From assembly GCA_020436225.1 (NCBI GenBank), contig JAGQYE010000070.1, positions 16,975 to 80,974 on the forward strand: a stretch of 64,000 bases of DNA, in the 5' to 3' direction. This DNA is from Bacteroidota bacterium (GTDB taxonomy: Bacteria > Bacteroidota > Bacteroidia > Chitinophagales > JADIYW01). Below, in pieces: positions 44,434 through 52,973 of this stretch (position 1 is the first letter of the stretch; each line of letters starts with the position of its first letter). Under the pieces are notes generated by a model that was given only the letters and a program-made list of their open reading frames with translations, had not been told where the DNA came from and ran no database searches. A program made the translations under genes and the position numbers.

Positions 44434-45636
44434 ATGAAATTTTATCACTTAAAATTAGTTGTTTTAGTACTGATGATGTTGAAGTTGGGAAATGTTTTTT
44501 CTTATAACAAGGACATCAAAATACCACAATTAACGCAAAGTGCTCAAATCAGTTTGTTGACAGTTGGCTGTGCTGATGATGAGGTTTGGCAAAATTTCGG
44601 ACATACAGCCATTCGCATAAAAGATTCAATTTTAGGCTGGGATTTAGTTTATAATTATGGCACGTTCGATTTTGGTGAGCCTAATTTTGTTATGAAATTT
44701 ATTAAACGTCAATTGCTATATTACGAATCTATCGATTCTTATGCTGCTTTCAAACAAATGTATATAGAAGAAAATCGCACCATTCAAGAACAAATCTTAA
44801 ATCTCAATCAACAACAAAAGCAAACTTTATTTGAACGATTAACGATTAATGCGCGCGAAGAAAATAAATATTACATCTATGATTTCTTATTTGATAATTG
44901 TTCTACGCGTCCGAGAGATATCATCTTATCACTTTTCAAAACGAAAAATTTTAAACAAGATAAAGATGATGCGTCCAGTTTCAGAGAACTGATTGATAGA
45001 AATGTACATGATGAATGGTTAGATTTCGGAATGGATTTATTGATTGGTGTTCCAACAGATAAAGAAGCTAAATTCGGAAGAACATTTTTGCCGGATGAAT
45101 TGATGCAAACCTTTGATAACGCAACTGTAGATGGCAAACCTTTAGTGAAAAGCAACAAGCTAATTTTAGATAAAATTCCGGAGCATAAATCCAAGCAATG
45201 GCTAACACCGGGTTTGGCATTTTGGTTGCTGTTTTTTGTAATTCTCGTTTTACAAGTGCGCTACGATTTTTTCAATAAACAGAAATGGTTCGTTTTTTTA
45301 TACTTCACAATTTTGGGATTGTTAGGTTATTTATGCTTGTTTATGTGGTTCTTTACAGACCATCTTTGCACTAAATGGAACCTCAATATATTATGGGCAA
45401 TGCCGTTAAATATTCCTTTGGTTTATTTTCTATTAAAGAAAAACAAACCAACTTTTGCAATTTCGTTCATCAAATTTTATAGAATATTGTTGATAGTGTT
45501 ATTGATAGCTTGGTGGGCAAATCCACAAACCTATCATGTGGCTGTTATACCATTAATTTTGATTGCTATCTTATTTAGCTCGCTGTATTTGCCTGTCCCA
45601 ACAAAAGAAGATTTTAAGAAACGCTTGTTTAGCTAA
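44434..45636 (+). CDS. DUF4105 (Lnb N-terminal domain) membrane protein
   Basis: SLLTVGCADDEVWQNFGHTAIRI...YNYGTFDF followed by a C-terminal polytopic region. Confidence 0.75.
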   Translation: MKFYHLKLVVLVLMMLKLGNVFSYNKDIKIPQLTQSAQISLLTVGCADDEVWQNFGHTAIRIKDSILGWDLVYNYGTFDFGEPNFVMKFIKRQLLYYESIDSYAAFKQMYIEENRTIQEQILNLNQQQKQTLFERLTINAREENKYYIYDFLFDNCSTRPRDIILSLFKTKNFKQDKDDASSFRELIDRNVHDEWLDFGMDLLIGVPTDKEAKFGRTFLPDELMQTFDNATVDGKPLVKSNKLILDKIPEHKSKQWLTPGLAFWLLFFVILVLQVRYDFFNKQKWFVFLYFTILGLLGYLCLFMWFFTDHLCTKWNLNILWAMPLNIPLVYFLLKKNKPTFAISFIKFYRILLIVLLIAWWANPQTYHVAVIPLILIAILFSSLYLPVPTKEDFKKRLFS

Positions 45637-45637
45637 T

Positions 45638-46849
45638 TTAGAAATCAGCACTTAATAGTAACTCTAAGTCAGTATGTTTTAAATTGAATTTTTGTGCGAT
45701 AAAATCTTTGGTAATAGCACCTTTGTATAAGTAAGCACCTTGTCTAAGGTTTTCATCATATTTAAAAAGACTTTCTATGCCACCGGCATCAACTGCGCGT
45801 TTTAAAATTGGAGTCAAAATATTGCTGAGCGCATAGCTTGCTGTTTTAGATACATTGGATGCAATATTAGGAACGCAATAATGAATAACATCATGCACTT
45901 TGTAGGTCGGTTCATCGTGGTTAGTTACTTTCGATGTTTCTGAACAACCGCCATGGTCGATAGAAATATCCATAAACACTGCATTTTTTTTCATGGAACG
46001 CACCATATCTTCCGTGATAACTTTAGGCGTTTTTCCTTTTTGTGGCTTGAGTGCACCAATCACTACATGTGCGCGCGAAATATTTTTTGCCAAATTAATA
46101 GGATCGATAACTGAAGTATAAATTTTGTTTCCTAAAGAATTTTGAAGTCGAGATAAACGATAAATATTATCGTCAAAAATTTGAACAGATGCACCTAATG
46201 CCAAGGCAGCTTTCGCTGCCGCTTCGCCAACTGTTCCGGCACCTAAAATCAACACTTTTGCCGGTGGTTGTCCGGAAATACCGCCTAATAAAACGCCGGA
46301 ACCAAATTCATTACTCAAATATTTTGATGCTGTAAGTATAGCATAATTTCCTGCAATTTCGCTCATGCTGCGCATAAATGGAAACGTATTATAATCGCCG
46401 CGCACATACTCGAATGCTAATGCTGTGATGCGTTTTTCCATCATCGACTTAAACATGGTTTTTGTTTGTGCAGGCAATAAAATAGGAGAGAACAAAATTT
46501 GATTGCGTTGCAATAAACTAATTTCTTTCGCATTGATAGGCGCAGATTTAATTATCAATTCTGCTTTATAAACATCTTCTTTTGCGTAAACAATATCGGC
46601 GCCGGAATTGATATAATCTTCGTTGCTAAAATGAGAATGAATGCCGGCATCTTTTTCAATAGAAATTCGACAACCGTAATTAATTAAAGCGGCAACAGAA
46701 TTTGGCGTGAGTGGAATTCTTTTTTCTTGAAAATCGGTTTCTTTTGGAATGCCGATATATAAAGATTTCTTGTTGGTTTCTATGGATGCCAATACTTCTT
46801 TCGGATAAAGTGCGTAATCAGTTTTTATTTTTTCTAAGATAGATTCCAT
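45638..46849 (-). CDS. Alanine dehydrogenase / PNT-alpha family NAD-binding protein
   Basis: IGIPKE...EKRIPLTP and the Rossmann loop ILGAGTVGEAAA. 403 aa. Its position next to tsaE is the synteny I recall for flavobacterial genomes. Confidence 0.75.
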   Translation of the reverse strand: MESILEKIKTDYALYPKEVLASIETNKKSLYIGIPKETDFQEKRIPLTPNSVAALINYGCRISIEKDAGIHSHFSNEDYINSGADIVYAKEDVYKAELIIKSAPINAKEISLLQRNQILFSPILLPAQTKTMFKSMMEKRITALAFEYVRGDYNTFPFMRSMSEIAGNYAILTASKYLSNEFGSGVLLGGISGQPPAKVLILGAGTVGEAAAKAALALGASVQIFDDNIYRLSRLQNSLGNKIYTSVIDPINLAKNISRAHVVIGALKPQKGKTPKVITEDMVRSMKKNAVFMDISIDHGGCSETSKVTNHDEPTYKVHDVIHYCVPNIASNVSKTASYALSNILTPILKRAVDAGGIESLFKYDENLRQGAYLYKGAITKDFIAQKFNLKHTDLELLLSADF

Positions 46850-46879
46850 GCCATCAACTTTATAGATAGAAAATCTTGT

Positions 46880-47299
46880 TTAATGCGAAATTTCTATCGT
46901 TCGTTTATCTTCATCTAATTTAGTTATTTTTATTTTAATGACAGCATTCGGAAATAAAGTTTCAAAATTATCCGGCCATTCAATAAAACAAAGATTGTTG
47001 GAAAAAAGATAATCTTCTAAGCCTATATTTATCGCTTCTTCAAGCGATTTTAGCCGATATAAGTCGATATGGTAAATGGTGTTGTTGTCTTCCGTTTTAT
47101 ATTCGTTGATGATTGGATACGTTGGCGAAGAAATGTTATCCATTACTTTCAATTTTTCGCAAAGTAATTTGATTAATGTTGTTTTTCCGGCTCCCAAATT
47201 TCCATAAAAACAAAAAATAGAATGCTTGTTTATAAGCGATAAAATCTCATCAACAACAGGTGCTAATTCGGCAATAGAATTAATGGAATAAGTGGACAT
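46880..47299 (-). CDS. tsaE: tRNA t6A37 biosynthesis ATPase TsaE
   Basis: FYGNLGAGKTTLIK, SPTYPIINEY, HIDLYRL. 139 aa. Confidence 0.9.
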   Translation of the reverse strand: MSTYSINSIAELAPVVDEILSLINKHSIFCFYGNLGAGKTTLIKLLCEKLKVMDNISSPTYPIINEYKTEDNNTIYHIDLYRLKSLEEAINIGLEDYLFSNNLCFIEWPDNFETLFPNAVIKIKITKLDEDKRTIEISH

Positions 47300-47320
47300 C
47301 CTATTTTGAAAAATCTGAAA

Positions 47321-48877
47321 TTATTTACTTTCAAAAACTGCAACCGGTACAATAACTTCTTCGATAGAAATGCCACCGTGTTGAAACGTGTTTCTATAAT
47401 AATTAGCAAAGTGATTGTAATTATTCGGATAGCAGAAATAATAATCTTCTTTCGCAAAAACATAAGAAGAACTCAAATTCGATTTAGGCAAAAAGGCTTC
47501 TTCCGGATTTTTTACATAAAACACTTCTTTCTCCGTAAAATTCAGATTTTTGCCTGTTTTATAACGCAGGTTGGTGGTCGTTGCTTTGTCGCCAATAATT
47601 TTTGAAGGATTTTGTACACGCATCGTGCCATGGTCAGACGTAATCACTAAGCGCACTTTTTTATCTTTTATTTTTTGCAATGCATTTAACAACGGCGAAT
47701 GGTCGAACCAAGAAAGTGTAAGCGAACGATAAGCTGCTTCATCGCTTGCCAACTCTTTCAATACTTCCATTTCAGTGCGTGCATGAGAAAGCATATCCAC
47801 AAAATTATATACAATAGCGTTAAAATTATTATTTAATAAGTTGAGTATATTGTCTTCCAAATCTTTGCCGCTTTTATGATTGACAATTTTGGTATAGCTC
47901 ATTTTATTGTTGACGTTGTTACGCTTAAATTGTTCTTGTAAAAAGAATTCTTCGTGTAAATTTTTGCCGGCATTTTCATCATCATAAAACCATCTGTCAG
48001 GATATTTTTTATCGATTTCTAAAGGCATTAAACCCGAAAAAATAGCATTGCGCGAATATTGTGTTGTAGTAGGCAAGATGCTGAAAAAATAATCTTCACT
48101 CACTTTTCTGAAATCTTCTTTTATAAGATGTTCTATCATTTTAAAATGGTCGTAGCGAAGATTGTCAATTAAAATAAAAAACGTCGGCACATCATCTTTT
48201 AAAAGTGGAATTACTTTGTTTTTTATTAAGTTGTAAGAAAGCGTTGGCGTACTTTCCTTGTTAGGTTCTTTCAACCACGAAATATAATTTTTAGAAATAA
48301 ACTTAAAAAATTCTTTGTTGGCTTCAGACTTTTGCATATCCAAAATATTTTTCATATCCAGATTGTCGGCTTTTTCCAACTCCAATTCCCAATAAATTAA
48401 TTTGCGATACAACTCCGCCCATTCTTGATGCGAATTAATGTTGTTTAATTCCATCATTATGTTTTGAAATTCCTGGCGATAAGACGTCGTTGTTTTTTCG
48501 GAAACCAATTTTTTGTTGTCAATGATTTTTTTTATCGACAATAAGATTTGATTGGGTTTTACAGGTTTAATAAGGTAATCGGCAATTTGCGAGCCGATGG
48601 CTTCTTCCATGATATTTTCTTCTTCGTTTTTAGTAATCATTACCACAGGAACATCGCGGTTGTTCGTTTTTATTCTTGCCAAAGTTTCCAAACCCGAAAT
48701 TCCAGGCATGTGTTCGTCTAAAAAAATCAAATCAAAATGCTCGTTGTTACATTTGTCTAAAGCATCGTGTCCATTGCTGACCGGCTCCACAACATAACCT
48801 TTCTGCTCCAAGAACAAAATCTGAGGTTTTAATAAGTCGATTTCATCATCAGCCCAAAGTATTTTTATTGCGTTCAT
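47321..48877 (-). CDS. porX: PorX-type response regulator (receiver plus PglZ/alkaline-phosphatase-superfamily domain)
   Basis: N-terminal receiver (ILWADDEIDLL...DLIFLDEHMPGISG...MITKNEE). C-terminal PglZ-like region (IDNLRYD, SILPTTTQYSRNAIFSG, TSDHGT). 518 aa. Confidence 0.8.
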   Translation of the reverse strand: MNAIKILWADDEIDLLKPQILFLEQKGYVVEPVSNGHDALDKCNNEHFDLIFLDEHMPGISGLETLARIKTNNRDVPVVMITKNEEENIMEEAIGSQIADYLIKPVKPNQILLSIKKIIDNKKLVSEKTTTSYRQEFQNIMMELNNINSHQEWAELYRKLIYWELELEKADNLDMKNILDMQKSEANKEFFKFISKNYISWLKEPNKESTPTLSYNLIKNKVIPLLKDDVPTFFILIDNLRYDHFKMIEHLIKEDFRKVSEDYFFSILPTTTQYSRNAIFSGLMPLEIDKKYPDRWFYDDENAGKNLHEEFFLQEQFKRNNVNNKMSYTKIVNHKSGKDLEDNILNLLNNNFNAIVYNFVDMLSHARTEMEVLKELASDEAAYRSLTLSWFDHSPLLNALQKIKDKKVRLVITSDHGTMRVQNPSKIIGDKATTTNLRYKTGKNLNFTEKEVFYVKNPEEAFLPKSNLSSSYVFAKEDYYFCYPNNYNHFANYYRNTFQHGGISIEEVIVPVAVFESK

Positions 48878-49008
48878 TTTTTATTATTCTTTAGAAAATA
48901 GATTAAGAATTTAGTTTTATTATTTTTGCTTTGTAAAAAACTTAATTACCACAAATTAAACAATAATATTGTATTAAAAAATGTGAATTTAAGTTGCACT
49001 TTCACGGT

Positions 49009-50205
49009 ATGAATAAACGCAAAATTTTCAACGATCCGGTATATGGTTTTATTTCCATTCCTTATGATATTGTTTTTGATGTTATCGAGCATCCTATCTT
49101 TCAGCGTTTGCGGAGAATTCAGCAATTAGGCTTGAGTTCGTTGGTTTATCCCGGAGCTACACATTCGCGTTTTCATCACTCTTTAGGTGCAATGCATTTA
49201 ATGCATAAAAGTTTAGATGTTTTAAAAGCAAAAGGACATCCTATTTCAGAACAAGAAAGTAAAGCTGCTGTGTTGGCAATTTTGATGCACGATTTAGGGC
49301 ACGGACCGTTTTCGCATGCCTTAGAAGGTGTGTTGATGCGCGATGTCCATCATGAACATATTTCGATGTTATTGATGCAACAACTGATTGATGAATTTGG
49401 TGATGCAATAGAAGAAGCAATCGCCATTTTTACCAATCAACATCCAAAAAAATATTTGCATCAGTTGGTAAGCGGACAATTGGATATGGATCGCTTGGAT
49501 TATCTCACACGAGATTCTTTTTATAGCGGTGTAAGTGAAGGTGTGGTTGGCTATGATAGAATCATCAACATGTTAGACGTACATGAGGATAATATTGTGG
49601 TAGAAGAAAAGGCTGTGTATTCTATTGAGAAATTTATTGTCGCTCGCCGATTGATGTATTGGCAAGTGTATTTACATAAAACAAGTTTGGTGGCTGATTT
49701 GATGTTGAAGAATGTGATGCTGCGAGCAAAAGAATTGGCACAAAAAACAGATATGTCAAAAGGTATTTCAGAAAATTTAGCATTTTTCTTGAAAGAACAG
49801 ATTGACGCCGAACAAGCTCCAATGTATTTAGATAAATTTGCAAGCTTAGATGATTTTGATGTTATTCAAGCCTTAAAATATTGGATGCAACACGAAGATA
49901 ATATTTTATGCACCTTATCTTCTTCTATTATTAATCGAAAATTATTTAAGATAGAATTTGCTGAAGATGCAAAAATAAATGAGAAATTCCAAGCATTAAA
50001 ATCGTCATTTGATGAAGATGAAATTCGATATTTCTTGTTGAAAGGTCAAGCACAAAATAATGCATATAATCCTGAAAAAGATAACATCTACATCAAATTT
50101 AAAGACGGAACAATAAAGGAAATTACAGAAATTAGTGAGCAATGGAATGTCCGTTCTTTGTCAGAAAATCCGGTAGTGAAACATTATCTCGCTTATCCGA
50201 AATAA
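49009..50205 (+). CDS. HD-domain phosphohydrolase (dNTP triphosphohydrolase-like)
   Basis: IFNDPVYGFI, RLRRIQQLG, SRFHHSLGAMHL, HDLGHGPFSH, DMDRLDYLTRD. The ATG at 49009 is preferred over the TTG at 48994. Confidence 0.85.
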   Translation: MNKRKIFNDPVYGFISIPYDIVFDVIEHPIFQRLRRIQQLGLSSLVYPGATHSRFHHSLGAMHLMHKSLDVLKAKGHPISEQESKAAVLAILMHDLGHGPFSHALEGVLMRDVHHEHISMLLMQQLIDEFGDAIEEAIAIFTNQHPKKYLHQLVSGQLDMDRLDYLTRDSFYSGVSEGVVGYDRIINMLDVHEDNIVVEEKAVYSIEKFIVARRLMYWQVYLHKTSLVADLMLKNVMLRAKELAQKTDMSKGISENLAFFLKEQIDAEQAPMYLDKFASLDDFDVIQALKYWMQHEDNILCTLSSSIINRKLFKIEFAEDAKINEKFQALKSSFDEDEIRYFLLKGQAQNNAYNPEKDNIYIKFKDGTIKEITEISEQWNVRSLSENPVVKHYLAYPK

Positions 50206-50220
50206 ACCACAATTTTTATT

Positions 50221-50228
50221 TATTTTTG
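50221..50228 (+). promoter_or_regulatory. -7 promoter box (TATTTTTG) for lpxC
   Basis: Exact match 13 nt before the TTG start at 50242. Confidence 0.35.
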
Positions 50229-50241
50229 TAGTATAATATAT

Positions 50242-51195
50242 TTGATTTTGACGCATCAAAAAACTATCATTCGTCCGTTTTCATTTTCAGGCATTGGCTT
50301 GCATACCGGCTTAACAGCAAATGTTACGGTAAAACCTGCACCTGAAAATTTTGGTATTCAGTTTTGCAGAACTGACATTCAACCTACTTTTTATATTCAA
50401 GCAAAAAGTGAAAATGTTAGCAATACAACGCGCAGTACATCTATTAAAAAACAAGATGTTGAGGTAATCACTATTGAACATATTTTGTCGGCTTTGTATG
50501 CGTTAGGAATCGACAATGCGTTAATAGAATTGGACAATAAAGAAATGCCGATTTTAGACGGAAGTACACGTTATTATGTGCAAGAACTTGGAGAAAAAAA
50601 TCAATTGGAATTAACTGCTTCAAAGAAAGAAATTACTATTCAAGAAGTGATTGAATGGAAAGATAAACAAACAGATGCTGAATATATTTTCTTGCCACAT
50701 AACGAATTTTCGGTTACTTGTTTAATTGATTTTCCATCAAAAATGATAAAACATCAATTTGCAGTTTTAAATCATATCGAAGAATATATTCCGGAAATTT
50801 CTAAAGCTAAAACATTTTGTTTTTTACACGAGATTGAAATGTTATACAATAACGGATTAATCAAAGGTGGAAACTTAAACAATGCGTTGGTATTTTCTGA
50901 AACTGCATTAAGTAAAGAAAAGATTGATTGGTTGGCTACAACATTTCATCAGTCGGCAAATTCAATTCCTGAAATGGGCATTTTAAATCCATTGCAACAA
51001 ACCTACGACAATGAAGCTGCGCGCCATAAATTATTAGATGTGCTGGGAGATTTAGCGTTGACGCAAACCTATTTTAAAGGCAAATTAATTGCCTACAAAC
51101 CCGGACATACTTCTAATTGCAAATTTGCTCAATATCTTACTGAATATTTTGCATTACAACAAACTGCAAACGCTTCACTTTCTTTTAATAAATAA
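50242..51195 (+). CDS. lpxC: UDP-3-O-acyl-GlcNAc deacetylase LpxC (stand-alone, no FabZ domain)
   Basis: GIGLHTG, TIEHILSAL, AARHKLLDVLGDLAL and KPGHTSN show the zinc and catalytic residues are present. TTG start. It ends at 317 aa with no dehydratase domain. Confidence 0.9.
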   Translation: MILTHQKTIIRPFSFSGIGLHTGLTANVTVKPAPENFGIQFCRTDIQPTFYIQAKSENVSNTTRSTSIKKQDVEVITIEHILSALYALGIDNALIELDNKEMPILDGSTRYYVQELGEKNQLELTASKKEITIQEVIEWKDKQTDAEYIFLPHNEFSVTCLIDFPSKMIKHQFAVLNHIEEYIPEISKAKTFCFLHEIEMLYNNGLIKGGNLNNALVFSETALSKEKIDWLATTFHQSANSIPEMGILNPLQQTYDNEAARHKLLDVLGDLALTQTYFKGKLIAYKPGHTSNCKFAQYLTEYFALQQTANASLSFNK

Positions 51196-51218
51196 TTTTT
51201 ATTAAATTAGAAGACCAT

Positions 51219-51287
51219 GTCATTCCCACGAAAGTGGGAATCTCATTCAACTAAATTTATTGAGATTTCCTTTTTCAAGGAAATGAC
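51219..51287. repeat. MITE-like composite palindrome built from two inverted GTCATT(C/T)CC...GGAATCTCA units
   Basis: The left unit GTCATTCCCACGAAAGTGGGAATCTCAT has a perfect 8-bp stem and a GAAA loop. The right unit TGAGATTTCCTTTTTCAAGGAAATGAC is a related copy in inverse orientation. A third related unit lies at 29123. Confidence 0.7.
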
Positions 51288-51325
51288 AGTTAACCGCAAA
51301 GAACACAAAGTTTTTCTCAAAGTTT

Positions 51326-51362
51326 ATTCGCTAATTAACCCATTCACTAATTCGCTAATTAA
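51326..51362. repeat. Direct repeat 2 x ATTCGCTAATTAA (24-bp period)
   Basis: Copies at 51326-51338 and 51350-51362, interleaved with TTCACTAA at 51343 and 51373. Confidence 0.7.
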
Positions 51363-51406
51363 AGGTGCTTAGTTCACTAAGATGTTTTCTTTATTACAGA
51401 CTTTTA

Positions 51407-51414
51407 TATCTTTG
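51407..51414 (+). promoter_or_regulatory. -7 promoter box (TATCTTTG) for lpxA
   Basis: Exact match 14 nt before the TTG start at 51429. Confidence 0.45.
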
Positions 51415-51428
51415 TGTAAATTCATTGC

Positions 51429-52199
51429 TTGAACAATTTTATACATCCAAAAGTGCAATTAGGAAACAATGTTGTTGTCGAACATTTTTCTTCTATCTAT
51501 GAAGATGTGATTATTGGCGATAATTGTTGGATTGCTCCGAATGTTACTATATTTCCCGGCACACGAATTGGCAATGATTGCAAAATTTTTCCGGGTGCAG
51601 TTATTGGAGCTATTCCGCAAGATTTAAAATTTAATGGCGAATATTCAACTGTTGAAATTGGTAATCATGTTTCCATTCGTGAATGTTGTACAATAAATAG
51701 AGGCACATCAGCATTAGGTACAACAAAAATTGGTAGTCATACGTTGCTGATGGCGTATGTACACATCGCACACGATTGCATTATTGGCGAGCATTGTATC
51801 TTGGCAAATTCAACCAACTTAGCCGGACATGTAACCATAGATGATTATGCGTATTTAGGCGGCATGAGTGGTGCGCATCAATTTACAAGAATTGGAAAAC
51901 ATAGTTTTATTTCAGGCGGTACGATGATAGGCAAAGATGTGCCGCCGTATTGCTTAGTGATGCGAAATCCGGCACAATATGCCGGCATCAATTCTGTTGG
52001 TTTAAAACGTCAACAATTTTCAATTGACGATATTCATTTAATTCAAGATATATATCGATTTATTTTTGGAAATAACGGATTGAACACATCTCAAGCATTA
52101 AAAAAAATTGAAGAAGAAATTCCGGATTCTTCTTTAAGAAATGAGATTTTAGAATTTGTAAAACAGTCGGAGAGAGGCATCATCAAAGGAATGGATTGA
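51429..52199 (+). CDS. lpxA: Acyl-ACP:UDP-GlcNAc O-acyltransferase LpxA
   Basis: Left-handed beta-helix hexapeptide repeats (IGDNCWIAPNVTIFPGTRIGNDCKIFPGAVIG), GLKRQQFS, and a length of 256 aa. Confidence 0.9.
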   Translation: MNNFIHPKVQLGNNVVVEHFSSIYEDVIIGDNCWIAPNVTIFPGTRIGNDCKIFPGAVIGAIPQDLKFNGEYSTVEIGNHVSIRECCTINRGTSALGTTKIGSHTLLMAYVHIAHDCIIGEHCILANSTNLAGHVTIDDYAYLGGMSGAHQFTRIGKHSFISGGTMIGKDVPPYCLVMRNPAQYAGINSVGLKRQQFSIDDIHLIQDIYRFIFGNNGLNTSQALKKIEEEIPDSSLRNEILEFVKQSERGIIKGMD

Positions 52200-52231
52200 T
52201 GTTTTTATGCTCATTTATTTTTGATTAAAAA

Positions 52232-52849
52232 ATGCAAATACAACTTCAAAATATCAGTAAACGCTATGGGTTTGAGTGGATTTTCAAAAATGTAACGTTT
52301 GATTTTGAAGCCAAAAATAAATATGCTATTGTTGGACCGAACGGAAGTGGAAAGTCAACTTTATTAAAAATTATTTCGAATGGATTAGTGCCAACTTCCG
52401 GCAATATTTCTTATTCGGTTGAAAATAAAATTATAAAAGACGAACATAAAATTGCGCAAGAAATTGCGTATGCAGCACCATATATTTCGTTGACAGAAGA
52501 TTACACGTTACAAGAATTATACGAATTTCATACATCATTTAAGAAATTAAAAGTAGAGAACATAGATGCCTTTTATGAAGTTTCGCAATTAGGAAAACAC
52601 AAGCATAAATACGTCAAGAATTTTTCGTCAGGCATGAAGCAACGCTTAAAACTATCTTTAGCATTTTTATCCGAAACTAAAGTATTATTATTAGATGAAC
52701 CAACTTCCAATTTTGACACAAAAGCCATTGATTGGTATTTTGGTTTAATAGAAAAATACACACAAGACCGATTACTCATCATCGGCTCCAACCAAGCGTA
52801 TGAATACGATTGTTGCCCAACTAAGTTAGATGTTATGGGTTATAAATAA
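52232..52849 (+). CDS. ABC transporter ATP-binding protein (small, CcmA-sized)
   Basis: Walker A GPNGSGKST, signature FSSGMKQRL, Walker B LLLDEPTSNFD. 205 aa, with no adjacent permease. Confidence 0.85.
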   Translation: MQIQLQNISKRYGFEWIFKNVTFDFEAKNKYAIVGPNGSGKSTLLKIISNGLVPTSGNISYSVENKIIKDEHKIAQEIAYAAPYISLTEDYTLQELYEFHTSFKKLKVENIDAFYEVSQLGKHKHKYVKNFSSGMKQRLKLSLAFLSETKVLLLDEPTSNFDTKAIDWYFGLIEKYTQDRLLIIGSNQAYEYDCCPTKLDVMGYK

Positions 52850-52973
52850 ATAATTTCGAGTTTAATATTTTGTCTTGGAATTATCTCAAGCTTTGAAGAA
52901 TAGATATCCTAAATATTTCAAAAGTAATTTGGCGATTTATATGAAATAACCTAGAATCGGCAGAATAAAAATC

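Noticed and set aside
47321-48877. PglZ domain as a sign of a BREX or other phage-defence system
   Set aside because: The PglZ domain is fused to an N-terminal receiver domain and sits next to tsaE and the alanine-dehydrogenase-like gene. This is the PorX (T9SS regulator) architecture. No BREX partners (PglX methylase, BrxC, BrxL) are nearby.
49009-50205. HD-domain dNTPase as an anti-phage dGTPase/dCTP-depletion defence gene
   Set aside because: It sits directly upstream of the lipid A genes lpxC and lpxA, a housekeeping context. No neighbouring defence or mobile genes support an island.
51196-51428. Remnant of a FabZ domain after lpxC (pseudogene)
   Set aside because: I read all three forward frames and found no FabZ-like peptide (no LPHRYPF or HFP..PVMPG motifs). 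The spacer is far shorter than a dehydratase domain, so no pseudogene call is justified.
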